64,000 bases of DNA from NCBI GenBank assembly GCA_020184695.1, contig JAANOX010000061.1:496001-560000 (forward strand), written 5' to 3'. Positions 47,455-58,735 of the stretch are shown here, piece after piece (positions within the stretch are counted from its first letter, which is position 1; every line of letters begins with the position of its first letter). The notes under the pieces are model-generated. The model had not been told where the DNA came from. It saw only the letters and a program-made list of their open reading frames with translations, and did no database searches. Source of the stretch: Histomonas meleagridis 2922-C6/04-290x. Taxonomy: Eukaryota; Protista; Parabasalia. A program made the position numbers and the translations under genes.

Positions 47455-48777
47455 ATGACCTTCTACAAAGTGTACAACTTCTTTGTTGGCGAAACAATCG
47501 CCTCAGGAACATTCAGCACCATCCGAAGCGCTTACAGACAAGATAACTTAAGCCCTGTCGCAATCAAGTTAATTTCAAAACGGAAAATTATAAAGAACAC
47601 AAATTATAAGCAAATGCTCTTTGCAGAGGAAGATCTAGCTCCTCTTCTTAACCACCCTCATCTTGTTCCAATTTTTGAAACTTTTGAAAGTCAAAGGCAA
47701 ATATTTCAAGTCATGAAGCTTGCTAAAACCAATTTAATTTATTATCTCAGGCGAGCTAAACTCCCTCCGAGAGCTTACATCAAGATTATTGATGATATCC
47801 TTTCAGCAGTTGAATATCTCCATACACATTACATTTGTCATCGCGATATCAAGCTTGATAACATATTAGTTGATGATGACAAAAATATATACCTATGTGA
47901 CTTTGGTTTTGCCTGTTTTGCTGTTAATCCTTGCCATGAAAAAGTAGGGTCAATTGGTTATTCTGCTCCAGAAGTCCTTCTTAATGATGAGTACGATGGT
48001 CTTAAAGCAGATATGTGGAGTTTAGGCGTTCTTATCTATCGACTTTATTCAAATCATTGCCCTTTTCCAGATTCCCAAGATTTTTCCAAGTTTAATGAAA
48101 ATAGCATTAACTACTCACGCATTCCTGAAGATGTGCGTCCTATCATTCGATCACTTCTTCAAATTGACCCAAACAAACGACCAACCGCCAGTGAACTTCG
48201 CCGAAATCCACTTTTCTCAACTTTACACAACCGTATTCAAAATTCCACTGAAGATTTTGATGAACCAATATCAAATTCGGATTGCAATATTCTTCGTCGT
48301 ATGTCAGAACTTCTCCAAGAAGACATCAGTAGTATTGCCTTTAAACTTGGATCATATGGTATCTCAGAAGAAAAAATATTTTATATAATGAATTATACCA
48401 GATTATATGGTAAAGAAGATATACCCGAAAATGATGCAATCATCGAAGTATCTTCATGTCCAATGATGGAAACACCATTAATACCAGTGTCACCACAATG
48501 TATGCATCGAAAGTCATTTACATTAACTAAAGTTGAAGGAAGACAAGTAATGGATGATGTACGCCAAGTGTTAATGAATGAAAAGTTTTGTGTTTCGGAC
48601 TCACCAAATGGAATTCACAAAGCCGTTCTAAATACACCTGATGATGATATACATATTCAGTATGACGTAGAAGATCGCACAGATAATTGCTTGGTATCAA
48701 TCGCTACAGATGGTTCAACTTGCGAAGAATTGGATAAAATTTGTTTGACTATGCAAAGGGAACTAAGTTCGATTTGA
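47455..48777 (+). CDS. CAMK-group (SNF1/AMPK-like) Ser/Thr kinase
   Basis: IASGTFS, VAIK, HRDIKLDN, DFG, GSIGYSAPE, DMWSLGV; C-terminal UBA/KA1-like region. Confidence 0.92.
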   Translation: MTFYKVYNFFVGETIASGTFSTIRSAYRQDNLSPVAIKLISKRKIIKNTNYKQMLFAEEDLAPLLNHPHLVPIFETFESQRQIFQVMKLAKTNLIYYLRRAKLPPRAYIKIIDDILSAVEYLHTHYICHRDIKLDNILVDDDKNIYLCDFGFACFAVNPCHEKVGSIGYSAPEVLLNDEYDGLKADMWSLGVLIYRLYSNHCPFPDSQDFSKFNENSINYSRIPEDVRPIIRSLLQIDPNKRPTASELRRNPLFSTLHNRIQNSTEDFDEPISNSDCNILRRMSELLQEDISSIAFKLGSYGISEEKIFYIMNYTRLYGKEDIPENDAIIEVSSCPMMETPLIPVSPQCMHRKSFTLTKVEGRQVMDDVRQVLMNEKFCVSDSPNGIHKAVLNTPDDDIHIQYDVEDRTDNCLVSIATDGSTCEELDKICLTMQRELSSI

Positions 48778-50321
48778 CCTATGTTTTTTAAATGTGGGTA
48801 ATTCAGATTGTTTGGTTGTAAAAAATAAAATAAAAATAATGTTGTAACATATAAATCTTTAATGCGCATATTGTTCGAATTAGATAATCTGAAGAATTTT
48901 TACACATGTATGAAGGCAGTGAATTAAGTTCTTAGATCAGATTCATTTTCACTTATTGATTTAAAATCTTTGTTTAGATATTTGGAATATCCAAATTAAA
49001 AGCAACAGGTTTGACATATATATTATCAAAATGTTGCATCGATTATTATTATTATTGTTAAAAAAAAGAGAGAGCTTTATTTGATGATGTCAGTTCATTT
49101 CAGAGTTTTAATGCTTTGAGGAACATAACCATTCCAGCTACAATTGATTCAATTGGTAATTCTGCTTAAAATGGTTATCATAATATAGAATTTTATAAAG
49201 TAGAAGAAAACAATTTTTGTAATTTAATGATGATGGTGTATTTATTGATATAAAAGTGCAACTTTTTACAATTATACAATATTGTATAAAGGGATACAAA
49301 ATATGAAATTCGACATTTAGTTACGACTGTAAAAAGGGGTGCATTTCAAGATGTAACTATTTGGAAGATAATATCTTCACAATTATCAATAGTGAAAATA
49401 TTATTATTAGTTTTGATATTTTTGCATTTAGTGGATGAGAAAATATAAGCTTTTTATATTTCATTTAGTATCGAAGACATGGTATTTTACTCATATCAAT
49501 GCAATACATTTGGAGGATTTAACTTATTTACTGATCCAGTTTCTGGTCTCTCTATAATGCTTACACTTCAATTTAAGCATACAGCATCAAATCATATGTT
49601 TTTACAAACTCAAATACATTTATAAATAATCTATTGGAATTTATACAACAGTATCATGTTCAATAACAGTAAAATATTCTTTATCTTATATGAATACCAT
49701 TATCAATTATTCATTTATAATAAATACATATGTCATTTCAATGATATCATCACCATTTGCATATTTAATCATAATTTGTCGGATATAATTCTATTGTTTC
49801 AAAGGGTTAAGCTAAATCATAAATTTAAAAGAAAATTAATCAAAAATATGATATAAATAAATTATTTTAAGCTTCAATTGAAGAAATTGTGTTGCTGTCA
49901 TTTGCTTCAGAACTTGCCTCAGCTGATATAGCTTCATTTTCGTAGCTCTTGTCGCTTGAGTGTGTCTTCTTTTTCAAGATTTTTTTTTTCTTTTGTTTAT
50001 GATCATGTTCGTGATGATGTTAATGACTGTGTGAATCTTAATTTCCTAGAATGCATAAACGCGGAAACCCAATTCCATGTTTATAGACAGGAGGTGTGAC
50101 GTCAGACTCTTTTATCCTTGGGAAATTATCAACGAATTAAATATGAACTATGGAATTAATTTCATTGGTTTGCCTAAAAACACCTAATAAATTCATAATT
50201 TCACACATATCAACATTTTTATACAACTATGCAAAATGTGCTATATTCCGATCAATATTAATTCAAAAAAAAAGCTGACAAGTCTATATTTTCACGTGAC
50301 ATTTCATCGGGTTGGATCAAA

Positions 50322-52772
50322 ATGAGTTTCGCCAAAACAACTAAAAACGATATTCTTTTATTACGCGATAAACTCACAAGTAGTTACCCAAAAGAACGAA
50401 AGGAAGCTGTTTCTGCTGTAATCTCTAAAATGCGTGCAGGCGAAAATGTCCAACCACTTTTTTCAGATATGTTATGTTGCGCCAAAACAAATGATCTTGA
50501 ACTCAAAAAGCTTGTATATCTTTATCTTGTTAGTTATTCTTCCACAGAACCTGAACAGTCAATTATGATAGTTAATACTTTTATTCAAGATGCAGTTGAT
50601 GAAAATCCATTAGTTCGTGCTCTTGCAGTTCGTACCATGTGCCGTATCAAGATTGAAAGCGTTGCTGAACATATGATTGTTCCTCTTAAAAAAGCTCTTC
50701 AAGATGAACATCCATATGTTCGTAAAACTGCTGCTATTAGTGTAGTAAAGCTATATGAGATAATTCCTGAAGCCATTGAGAATTCCAATATATTTCCAGA
50801 ACTCATCAAATTACTTCATGATGAGAATCCAATGGTTGTATCCAATACCACGGCAGCTCTATTAGAGATCAATGAACATCGATCCAGTCCTATATTTCGA
50901 CTTACACAAGATACAGTATCTCCCATATTAGCTGCCTTAACCTCATCCACAGAATGGTGTCAAGCACTTCTTCTTGATGCTCTTTCTAAGAGTGTTCCAA
51001 GTTCACAAGAAGATGCCAGTTTTCTCATTGATCGGTTAATTCCCATGTTAAAGAACACTAATCCCGCCGTAGTTGTCGGAGCCTTTAAATGCATATTCTT
51101 ATTTATGGATTATGACACTCGTAAACCACGCGAATTATTCCCCATCATATTACCTCCATTTATCACTTTAATTACATCATCCGAATATGAAATCCAATAT
51201 TTAGTGTTAAGGACATTATCATTATTTGTCCAAAAGTACAAAAGAGCACTTTCCAAAGAGATTTGTATTTTCTTTTGTAAGTATAATGATCCATCATATG
51301 TTAAAATGGAGAAACTCGACATCATAGTTACAATATGTACTGAAGAAACAGCGCAAATTGTACTTGATGAGTTATCCGAATATTGTAATGGCGTTGATGT
51401 ATCATTTGTACGTAAGTCAGTTCGTTCCATTGGACAAATCGCAATACGTATACCAAAAGCTGCGAATCTTTGCGTCGACATTTTAGTTACATTAGTTAAT
51501 GGTAAAGCTGAATATGCAATTGAAGAATCAGTGATTGTTGTCTCAGATATATTACGACGTTTTCCAGGATCATTTGAATCAGTGATTGCAGCAGTTTGCC
51601 AAAACATTGATCAATTAAACTCTGCTGAATCTAAAGCAGCGGCAATTTGGATATTAGGCGAATATTGTAATGTTATTAATAACGTCGATGTGATTTTGGA
51701 TCCGTTTTTGGACACATTCATTGAAGAGCCATCAGTTGTCCAATTACAATTGTTAACAGCTTTTGTTAAGTTATATTTATATAAGCCTGAACAAACTAAA
51801 GATTTATTACAATGTATATTAAATGAAGCGACAAAAAATGACGTAAATCCTGACGTAAGAAATCGAGGATTTATCTATTGGAGATTGTTATCTTCAAATG
51901 GTAACATAGCAAAAGATGTTATAATATTCGATAAAATTGATGTGGAAGATTCAGGAATTAAATTCGACGATAACGTATTATCAGAATTAATTAGGAATAT
52001 GGGAACCGTTTCAGGTGTATTACATATTGTACCAAGTGATTTCGTGAATAGAATCTGTAATACAGTCGAAGATAATATAAACAGTTCATTCCTTAACTTT
52101 GACGATTCCAAACATTACGTGAAAGTGCCACTGAAAAGTCCAAATTCATATGAAGCGACGCCGATAGAACTTTACATAGACTTTGATCAAAATTCAATGT
52201 TTATCAAAATTGTGAACTTGTCAAACGTATCGTTAAAGGATTTGGCGATAGCATTAAATAAAAATCCAATTGGATTAACATTCGCTACGACGCCATCATT
52301 TCCATCAGAATTAAAACCAAATGAAACAACTGAAATAGAAATCCCAATAATATATTCGAGTGATAAATTGGGTAACTTCGAATCCGGACTTTTAGATGTG
52401 GCATTACGTATATCGCCAACGAATACTGTGTTCGCTAATATAAATGTTCCACTGAAAAATGTCATTTTACAAACTGGAAGAATCGATAAAGAAGAGTTTA
52501 GAATGAAATGGGCAAATATGAACCAATCGCAAAACTGTGTAATACAAATTGATAACATCGCTAACGAAGATGCGCTTAGAGAAAGAAATGTTTTCGTCAT
52601 CGCTCAAAATAATAACAAAACGTATATTTCATTCATGGTGCCGCCAAATGTATTAGTAATGGCAGAAATTGTCGAAGATGGGAATGGTAACGCAAATATA
52701 TTATTTAAGGCAGACGATTTAAGAATAGGAAACTATTTAAGAATGAACTTTCAACAACTTTTACAGGCTTAA
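50322..52772 (+). CDS. Adaptor complex beta subunit (AP-1/2 beta-adaptin)
   Basis: LELKKLVYLYL, NPLVRALAVRTM, PYVRKTAA, FFCKYNDPSYVKMEKLDI, NPDVRNRGFIYWRLL, plus appendage domain. Confidence 0.95.
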   Translation: MSFAKTTKNDILLLRDKLTSSYPKERKEAVSAVISKMRAGENVQPLFSDMLCCAKTNDLELKKLVYLYLVSYSSTEPEQSIMIVNTFIQDAVDENPLVRALAVRTMCRIKIESVAEHMIVPLKKALQDEHPYVRKTAAISVVKLYEIIPEAIENSNIFPELIKLLHDENPMVVSNTTAALLEINEHRSSPIFRLTQDTVSPILAALTSSTEWCQALLLDALSKSVPSSQEDASFLIDRLIPMLKNTNPAVVVGAFKCIFLFMDYDTRKPRELFPIILPPFITLITSSEYEIQYLVLRTLSLFVQKYKRALSKEICIFFCKYNDPSYVKMEKLDIIVTICTEETAQIVLDELSEYCNGVDVSFVRKSVRSIGQIAIRIPKAANLCVDILVTLVNGKAEYAIEESVIVVSDILRRFPGSFESVIAAVCQNIDQLNSAESKAAAIWILGEYCNVINNVDVILDPFLDTFIEEPSVVQLQLLTAFVKLYLYKPEQTKDLLQCILNEATKNDVNPDVRNRGFIYWRLLSSNGNIAKDVIIFDKIDVEDSGIKFDDNVLSELIRNMGTVSGVLHIVPSDFVNRICNTVEDNINSSFLNFDDSKHYVKVPLKSPNSYEATPIELYIDFDQNSMFIKIVNLSNVSLKDLAIALNKNPIGLTFATTPSFPSELKPNETTEIEIPIIYSSDKLGNFESGLLDVALRISPTNTVFANINVPLKNVILQTGRIDKEEFRMKWANMNQSQNCVIQIDNIANEDALRERNVFVIAQNNNKTYISFMVPPNVLVMAEIVEDGNGNANILFKADDLRIGNYLRMNFQQLLQA

Positions 52773-53008
52773 TAAATTGATTGGATCTTAAAAATATTTT
52801 TTTTTCGTTTGATACAGCTGTGGAACTCAATTTCGTACATTTACTTTTGTAAACAGCTGTAAATAATTAAAAAAATTTTCATGTTTTGCCTCGTGAAGTG
52901 ATGTTGAGTCAATGCGAACAGACTTTGTCAAATGATTGATCAATTATTTGAATATGAATTGAATTGTTTGAATGCATTTGAAATGGATGTGACCTTCCAT
53001 CAATAATA

Positions 53009-53941
53009 ATGTTCGCTCTCCTTCTGGTTAATATATTAAGTTGTGCCGACTTACAGCCAATTGAAATACCAATAGGAATATCAAATGATGATGCTTGCGC
53101 TGTATGTAAAACAGTAATTTCTTCGATTGATATTACATTAATTAACAATAATGGACAATTACCTTATGATGATATGGTTAATAAAATATGTAATTTCAAA
53201 GTAGATTCATCTCAAAAACTTTGTCTGGCTATTATTGAAAAATCTCTTGCACAAATCTTAACAGCTATCGTAAAAGGATTTTCCAAGGAAAAAATATGCA
53301 CACTCCTTGACATATGCCAAGCTTCGAATAGCATCGGAGAAGAAGTCGAAATTCCAAATATTAATCTAAATAGATGTAATTTATGCATGAATATAATTCC
53401 TTTACTTGAACCACTTTTCCAGTCAAGTGGATTGGTAATAATTGTTTCAACTTCGCTTGCTCATCGTCAATGCGATAAATTTGATAAGATGGAACCGAGA
53501 GATTGGTACGTTCAAAGTTGCAGAAGATTTGTAAACAAATACTTCGAACAGATGGCCGCATCCATCGCTATGGGACTTTCACCTTCTGTTGTATGCAGCA
53601 AAATCAACGAATGCGATTCTTCGAATGGTTTGGAACAAACACAAAATGTAACAGAACAAGAAGAAAAAGAACTCGTTTTCGTTAAGGTTCCACAAGGCCT
53701 CGATGCAAGTTCAGGTTGTTCAGTGTGTAAGAGCATTGTGGAAGGAGTTAGTTCGATAAGAAATAAGTCAAAGGTCGAAGCTCAAGTTGTATCTTTGTCA
53801 TCCAACTTTTGCTACAAATTACCAAAAACTGCAAACGAAATGTGCAAAGCAATTGTGAGTAATTTAATTGTGAAACTCATAAAGTGGATTGATAACGGAA
53901 CCTCAAACGAACAAATATGTCTGAATTTGCATCTCTGCTAA
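53009..53941 (+). CDS. Multi-domain saposin-like protein (three SapB-type domains)
   Basis: Signal-peptide-like start; three C-x2-C ... C ... C ... C-x5-C patterns (CAVC, CNLC, CSVC). Confidence 0.88.
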   Translation: MFALLLVNILSCADLQPIEIPIGISNDDACAVCKTVISSIDITLINNNGQLPYDDMVNKICNFKVDSSQKLCLAIIEKSLAQILTAIVKGFSKEKICTLLDICQASNSIGEEVEIPNINLNRCNLCMNIIPLLEPLFQSSGLVIIVSTSLAHRQCDKFDKMEPRDWYVQSCRRFVNKYFEQMAASIAMGLSPSVVCSKINECDSSNGLEQTQNVTEQEEKELVFVKVPQGLDASSGCSVCKSIVEGVSSIRNKSKVEAQVVSLSSNFCYKLPKTANEMCKAIVSNLIVKLIKWIDNGTSNEQICLNLHLC

Positions 53942-54499
53942 ACATTTATTAATTTCTATAATATTTTTGAGAAAAAATAATCAGGGTAATGGGATGAAAT
54001 ATATATAATAAGTTGAAAAACATAATATGATGAAGTATTTAAGACATCATTAAAACATCGTTAGAACTAAATTGTGAAAGCAAGAATTAGTTTCCCAACA
54101 AACGCAATAAACTCCATCAGATGAAATTTAAAATATATAATATAAAAACAAATAAGTAAAGTTCATTTGTTGCTCATTGTGTAAGATCAAATACATAAAG
54201 TTCTATGGATTAATTGGATGTTTTAACAATATAAATTTGATTTATGAAATTTTATAAGTTGACCAAAATATTCATATTCAAACAAAAAAAGTACGCTAAT
54301 TTTAAAACATGTTTTAAAAAATGATATGTCATGAGGCAGTATTTTTGATTATTTTCTTGAATCAACGACTTAAGTCTGGAAACTCTTGGGGGGCCTTATT
54401 CTACGAACAAATCATTGAAAATTCTGAGGAAAATTTAGTCAATTCACAGTATAGTCAATTCACACAAAATTTAACATTATTTCAATTTTCAATGCAATT

Positions 54500-55560
54500 G
54501 TTCGATATGACACAAATATCTGTGGGTCTTGAAAATGGTATCGCCTGCTCGGTCTGCAAGCACCTTGTTTGCTGCTGTTGCTAAGTCTTGCTAACACCGA
54601 AGAAGTTCAATCCAAGGCTCTTCTGAAGCCAAGAAGATTTGCGACAAGTCACCGCAAAAGCTGGGACGTGACTGCTGCAACAGCCTTATTTCAGCGTCTT
54701 CGAGATCATGATCTGGACTCGCCAGAGGTCGCCGCCTCCCACAATCTGCAGCAACAAGCTCAAGTCATGCAACTCCAACGGCACTTTGATGATGGTGCAT
54801 ATCTTCAACTTTATCTTACGAGATGGACGATGATAATGACTATGTCACCGAAATCGAACTCCATGCTAGGGTCTTACAAACGCTGACAACTGCGCCATCT
54901 GCAAGAGGGCTGTCGGATTTGTCTGCAGCGGCAATGAAGAACAGCATTGTCGAAGCAGTCGTCAGGGCAGCAGCTACAGCAGCATGCGGCGCTATCACAG
55001 TGGTGTTGGCGCAGCTCTCACGCAAGACAATCGTCGAGGTATCAGTCGGCCCAAATCATGACGACGTTCGAGCTGGGAAGCTTCTGACAATCAAAGATCT
55101 GCTCCAAACTCGGCTGTACTGCAAGGGTAACGATGTCGAGAGAACTCGACTTCGAGTCGAAGATCGAAGACGACGGCGAGATTAATCTACACGAAATCCC
55201 GGAAGGCCTCGACACGTCAGCTTGCTCGGATCTGCCAGAACAGTCGTTTCTGGCATCGTCGTCTCAATCATGAGAGAACACCAAGGTCACATCACAAATC
55301 GCTAAGGCCGCTGCCAAGCTCGCAAGCAAGGTCCCAGCTATCGCACAGGAGCGTCTGCAAGCAACTCGTCGGGCGCTCTCCCAGCCTCATCAAGTCGGAT
55401 CGGAGATGGAACTTTCTAACCTTAATAACGTATGCAAAAGAAGGTTCACCTTTGCTGAGTCAGTCGAAGCTCCTTGCGCATTCCCAAATGTTTATTTTAT
55501 AATCATGAAAATTGGAAATTTATTTGAATACTTCTCCTCAGAATGTACATTGAAATTTAA
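54500..55560 (+). pseudogene. Second saposin-like gene, heavily frameshifted (possibly sequence error)
   Basis: GLENGIACSVCKHLV and GLDTSACS.C pieces mirror 53009-53941; GC-rich codon usage with many single-base indels. Confidence 0.6.
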
Positions 55561-57629
55561 TCCTAATGTTATCTTGTTCTTATTGAAATGATCACTAAGA
55601 CTTCTTTATGTATTAAAAGGAATTGTGAAGTTGGAATACAGTGTTTGATATCGTGGTAAATTGTTTGAGGCATTTAAATTAGCTATGTATCACACAAAGA
55701 TGTATGTTGTAGGATGAAGTTTTTCTGTTTATCTGTTTTCAACAGAACCATTTATGTTTTCTTGGCACATAAAAAGAGAATTCCCTTTGGCACAATCTCC
55801 CACTGTAAAGTGAATCTATTTGATTTTGCAGACAGGAATAACTCCTTTCTCTTTATGGAGTGTTGTGCGTGAGTTTTCCTGTGGAATCGGCTCTGGAACA
55901 GAGTTATAATGCTGCTGCAATTCAAACGTTGTTCTTCGTTTCATGAAGTATGCCAGTCCAAAGAATACGTTGCATTAAGTGCTCCAAATGGGAATGGAGT
56001 GTACAAACTCGCCCATTGTAGGACCCCATGTATTTAGAATTTCATTAGATCAAAGGTTTGTTTTGGTGTTGAGCGGCAATCATGAAAGCAACAAGAAAGT
56101 GCTTGGAGTTGTCAGCAGTGATATAGAGTGTTGCTGCTTTCACTGGGAGGTATCAATTTGGCAAGGACTCAAGAATATGCTGATGATGTACCTGCTGCTG
56201 CATTAGACAACCATTGGAAAGAGCAGAGGAAACACCAGTGCTAGGTATCATGTAAATAACTGCTCTGCTCAAGAGTAGATTTTATGTGTATTGTGGAGAT
56301 CTTGTTGGGATTGGAAATAGAAGATTATACCACCAACGGCTACGAAAATATTGCTGGTAAAACGGAATACCACACCTTTTCTCTTGCTGTCATCATTGTG
56401 GAAAAATGCAAAGAATAAAAGACGCCTGCACATTGATTGTTATAAATGAGAGCAATGATTCCAAATACATGGCCTTTACTTGTATAAAATGTTGAGAGAA
56501 CAAGAGAGGTTAAGAAGCTTTGTAACCAATGCTAAGCGAGAACAATCCCTGTTTTGATGAAGGAGTTCGTGAGATGGCTTATGGACCGATTACAGTTTAC
56601 CACAGTGGTATCATTGTCTTGAATTTGAACGGGGGATGAACGTTTACAAGATATCTGTCTTAGCGACTGGACTAAAAGAATTCCGATAATTATATGTTTG
56701 TGTGATTTCATAAAATATTCATATAATACTGGATTATTGATGATTTATGCTATTTTACAGCATATTCACGACATATGTAATAATTTTCAGTATTAATAAA
56801 TGGACGAGTTTTTCAGTCATTATTTTTATCATTGTATGGCGACAATAAAATACATTAGGTCAACATTTTGGCAGTTCTGAGAAACTGAACTGTTTCACAG
56901 GGTCTTACAATAATATAACAGTATTTTTATAAATAATGTTAACTCGGAAAGGACTTGCACAATAATTGATCTGAGTGTCGAAATCAAGTGATGTATCAAA
57001 TAGCTTAAATAATTCCCAGATATCATGACTGACTGTCAAATTATAATATAAATATGCAAATAAAACGCATGAATGTTAATATTAATACCTTCATAAAACC
57101 ATAAGTACGGTTTAACCATTTCAAACTATATCAACATAAAGTGCTCGTTTCAAATGATATCCACCTGAATTCTGAAATCAGAAAGTATAAAAATAGATTT
57201 ATTTCTGATTAGTAATATCTGTAACATTAATGTCATTTATTCTCTGATGATACCACTATTGTTTGTGTTTACCAGTTTTAAATGCATACATATATGCTGT
57301 TTATATGGTTAACTTTCAACGCTTCAAAGAATCATTTTCTTGTGAGTTAGACATGTCAATATTAGTCATACATTAATGAGTTAACAAATATTTCACATTT
57401 AATGAAGGTAGTGTCATTTATGTATTCAGTAGTTTTATTAAGCTTATACGGGCTATTCTTCACTATCTCATAGAATATATTATATATGTTTAACTAGTTC
57501 CACTGAGAAAATTTGATTCCAAGTTGAAGCACTTTCATCACTACTTATGTACAAAATATTCTATCGTTGAATGCTGCATTTGTCACGCAGGTCCACCGAT
57601 TAAGATTTCATTTCCACTTTCATCTAATG

Positions 57630-58735
57630 TTTGAAGACGAGAGTTCAAACGTCAGTTGACTGATAATGGTTCCGGTATGTGTGCAAGGGCTGGGTTTCGC
57701 TGGTGACGAGCTACCTTTCACGCTCAGTTTTCCCATCCGTGGTGGTCGTCCAAAGTATGTACAAACAAATCGCTGGTGGAATCAAAACAAGGATACATAT
57801 GTTGGTGATAGAAGCATGCAGCACAAGGCAGTTATCCTATCACTCCCAGTACCTGATTGGAACACGGTACCTCGTTACCAACTGGGACGATATGCGAAAG
57901 ATCTGGCACCACGCATTCTACAACGAGTTACGTAAGCTGGGACTCAGCTGAACACCCAGTTCTTCTTACAGAAGCCCCAATGAACCCAAAAAGGCCAACC
58001 AGTGAAAAGATGATCCAACTCGATCTGAAACGATTCAACGTTCCAGCATTCTATGTTGGTGTCAAGCCGTTCTTTCCCTTTACTCATCGGGGTCGACTGT
58101 AATATCGTTTTCGATACAGGTGATAGCGTTTCACACGGTTCCAATCTGAAGGTTGCTCCTTCCACGCCATCATTGCAGTATCAACCTCGCCGGTCGTGAT
58201 CTCTGACCTCAAAGGTCCTCAACAGACGATTTGCCTTCTAACATCGCTTGAAAGGGGAGTGTTCGTGATATCAAGGAGAAATATACATATGTTGCTTGAT
58301 TTTCGACGAAGAGAAATGAACAGACGCTCAACGTCCAGATCCGACATCAGCACACTTCCAGATAGGTAACGTCATCTGCTCATGGCGGGCGCTTCAGGTG
58401 CCAGAACTTCTTTTCAAAGCCACCGACCAATGGCTTTAGTTAAAGTGTTATTGACCCTCACAACTCCATCATGGCATACGATGTGATGTCGCTAGGATCT
58501 CTACCTTGGCAGTACTAATTCTCTCTGGTACCACAATATTCAGGTCTCCCAGAGCAATATAGAAGGAAATGGTCCGCCTCACACAACAATGAAGATCAAG
58601 TCGTCGCCCTGAACAACAAGTACACCGGTTTGGATCTAATTGGCTCATCCTTACTCCTTTGCCACATTTCTTTAAATGGTTATCACGTGAACGAATACAA
58701 CGAAACTGGTCGGAATTGTTCCCATGGTGCTTTAA
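57630..58735 (+). pseudogene. Actin with dense indels (pseudogene or uncorrected-read sequence)
   Basis: DNGSGMC, SVFPS, TNWDDM.KIWHH.FYNELR, EHPVLLTEAPMNPK, FNVPAFYVG and a terminal IV..C(F)* are recoverable across shifting frames. Confidence 0.9.

Noticed and set aside
49200-49650. BspA/LRR_5 pseudogene (VTTVKRGAFQ)
   Set aside because: Only one repeat-like snippet; no periodic array recoverable.
51110-51607. Antisense/overlapping ORFs inside beta-adaptin, Sec23, PACRG, Sua5 and other genes
   Set aside because: Expected shadows of real CDSs; no independent motifs.
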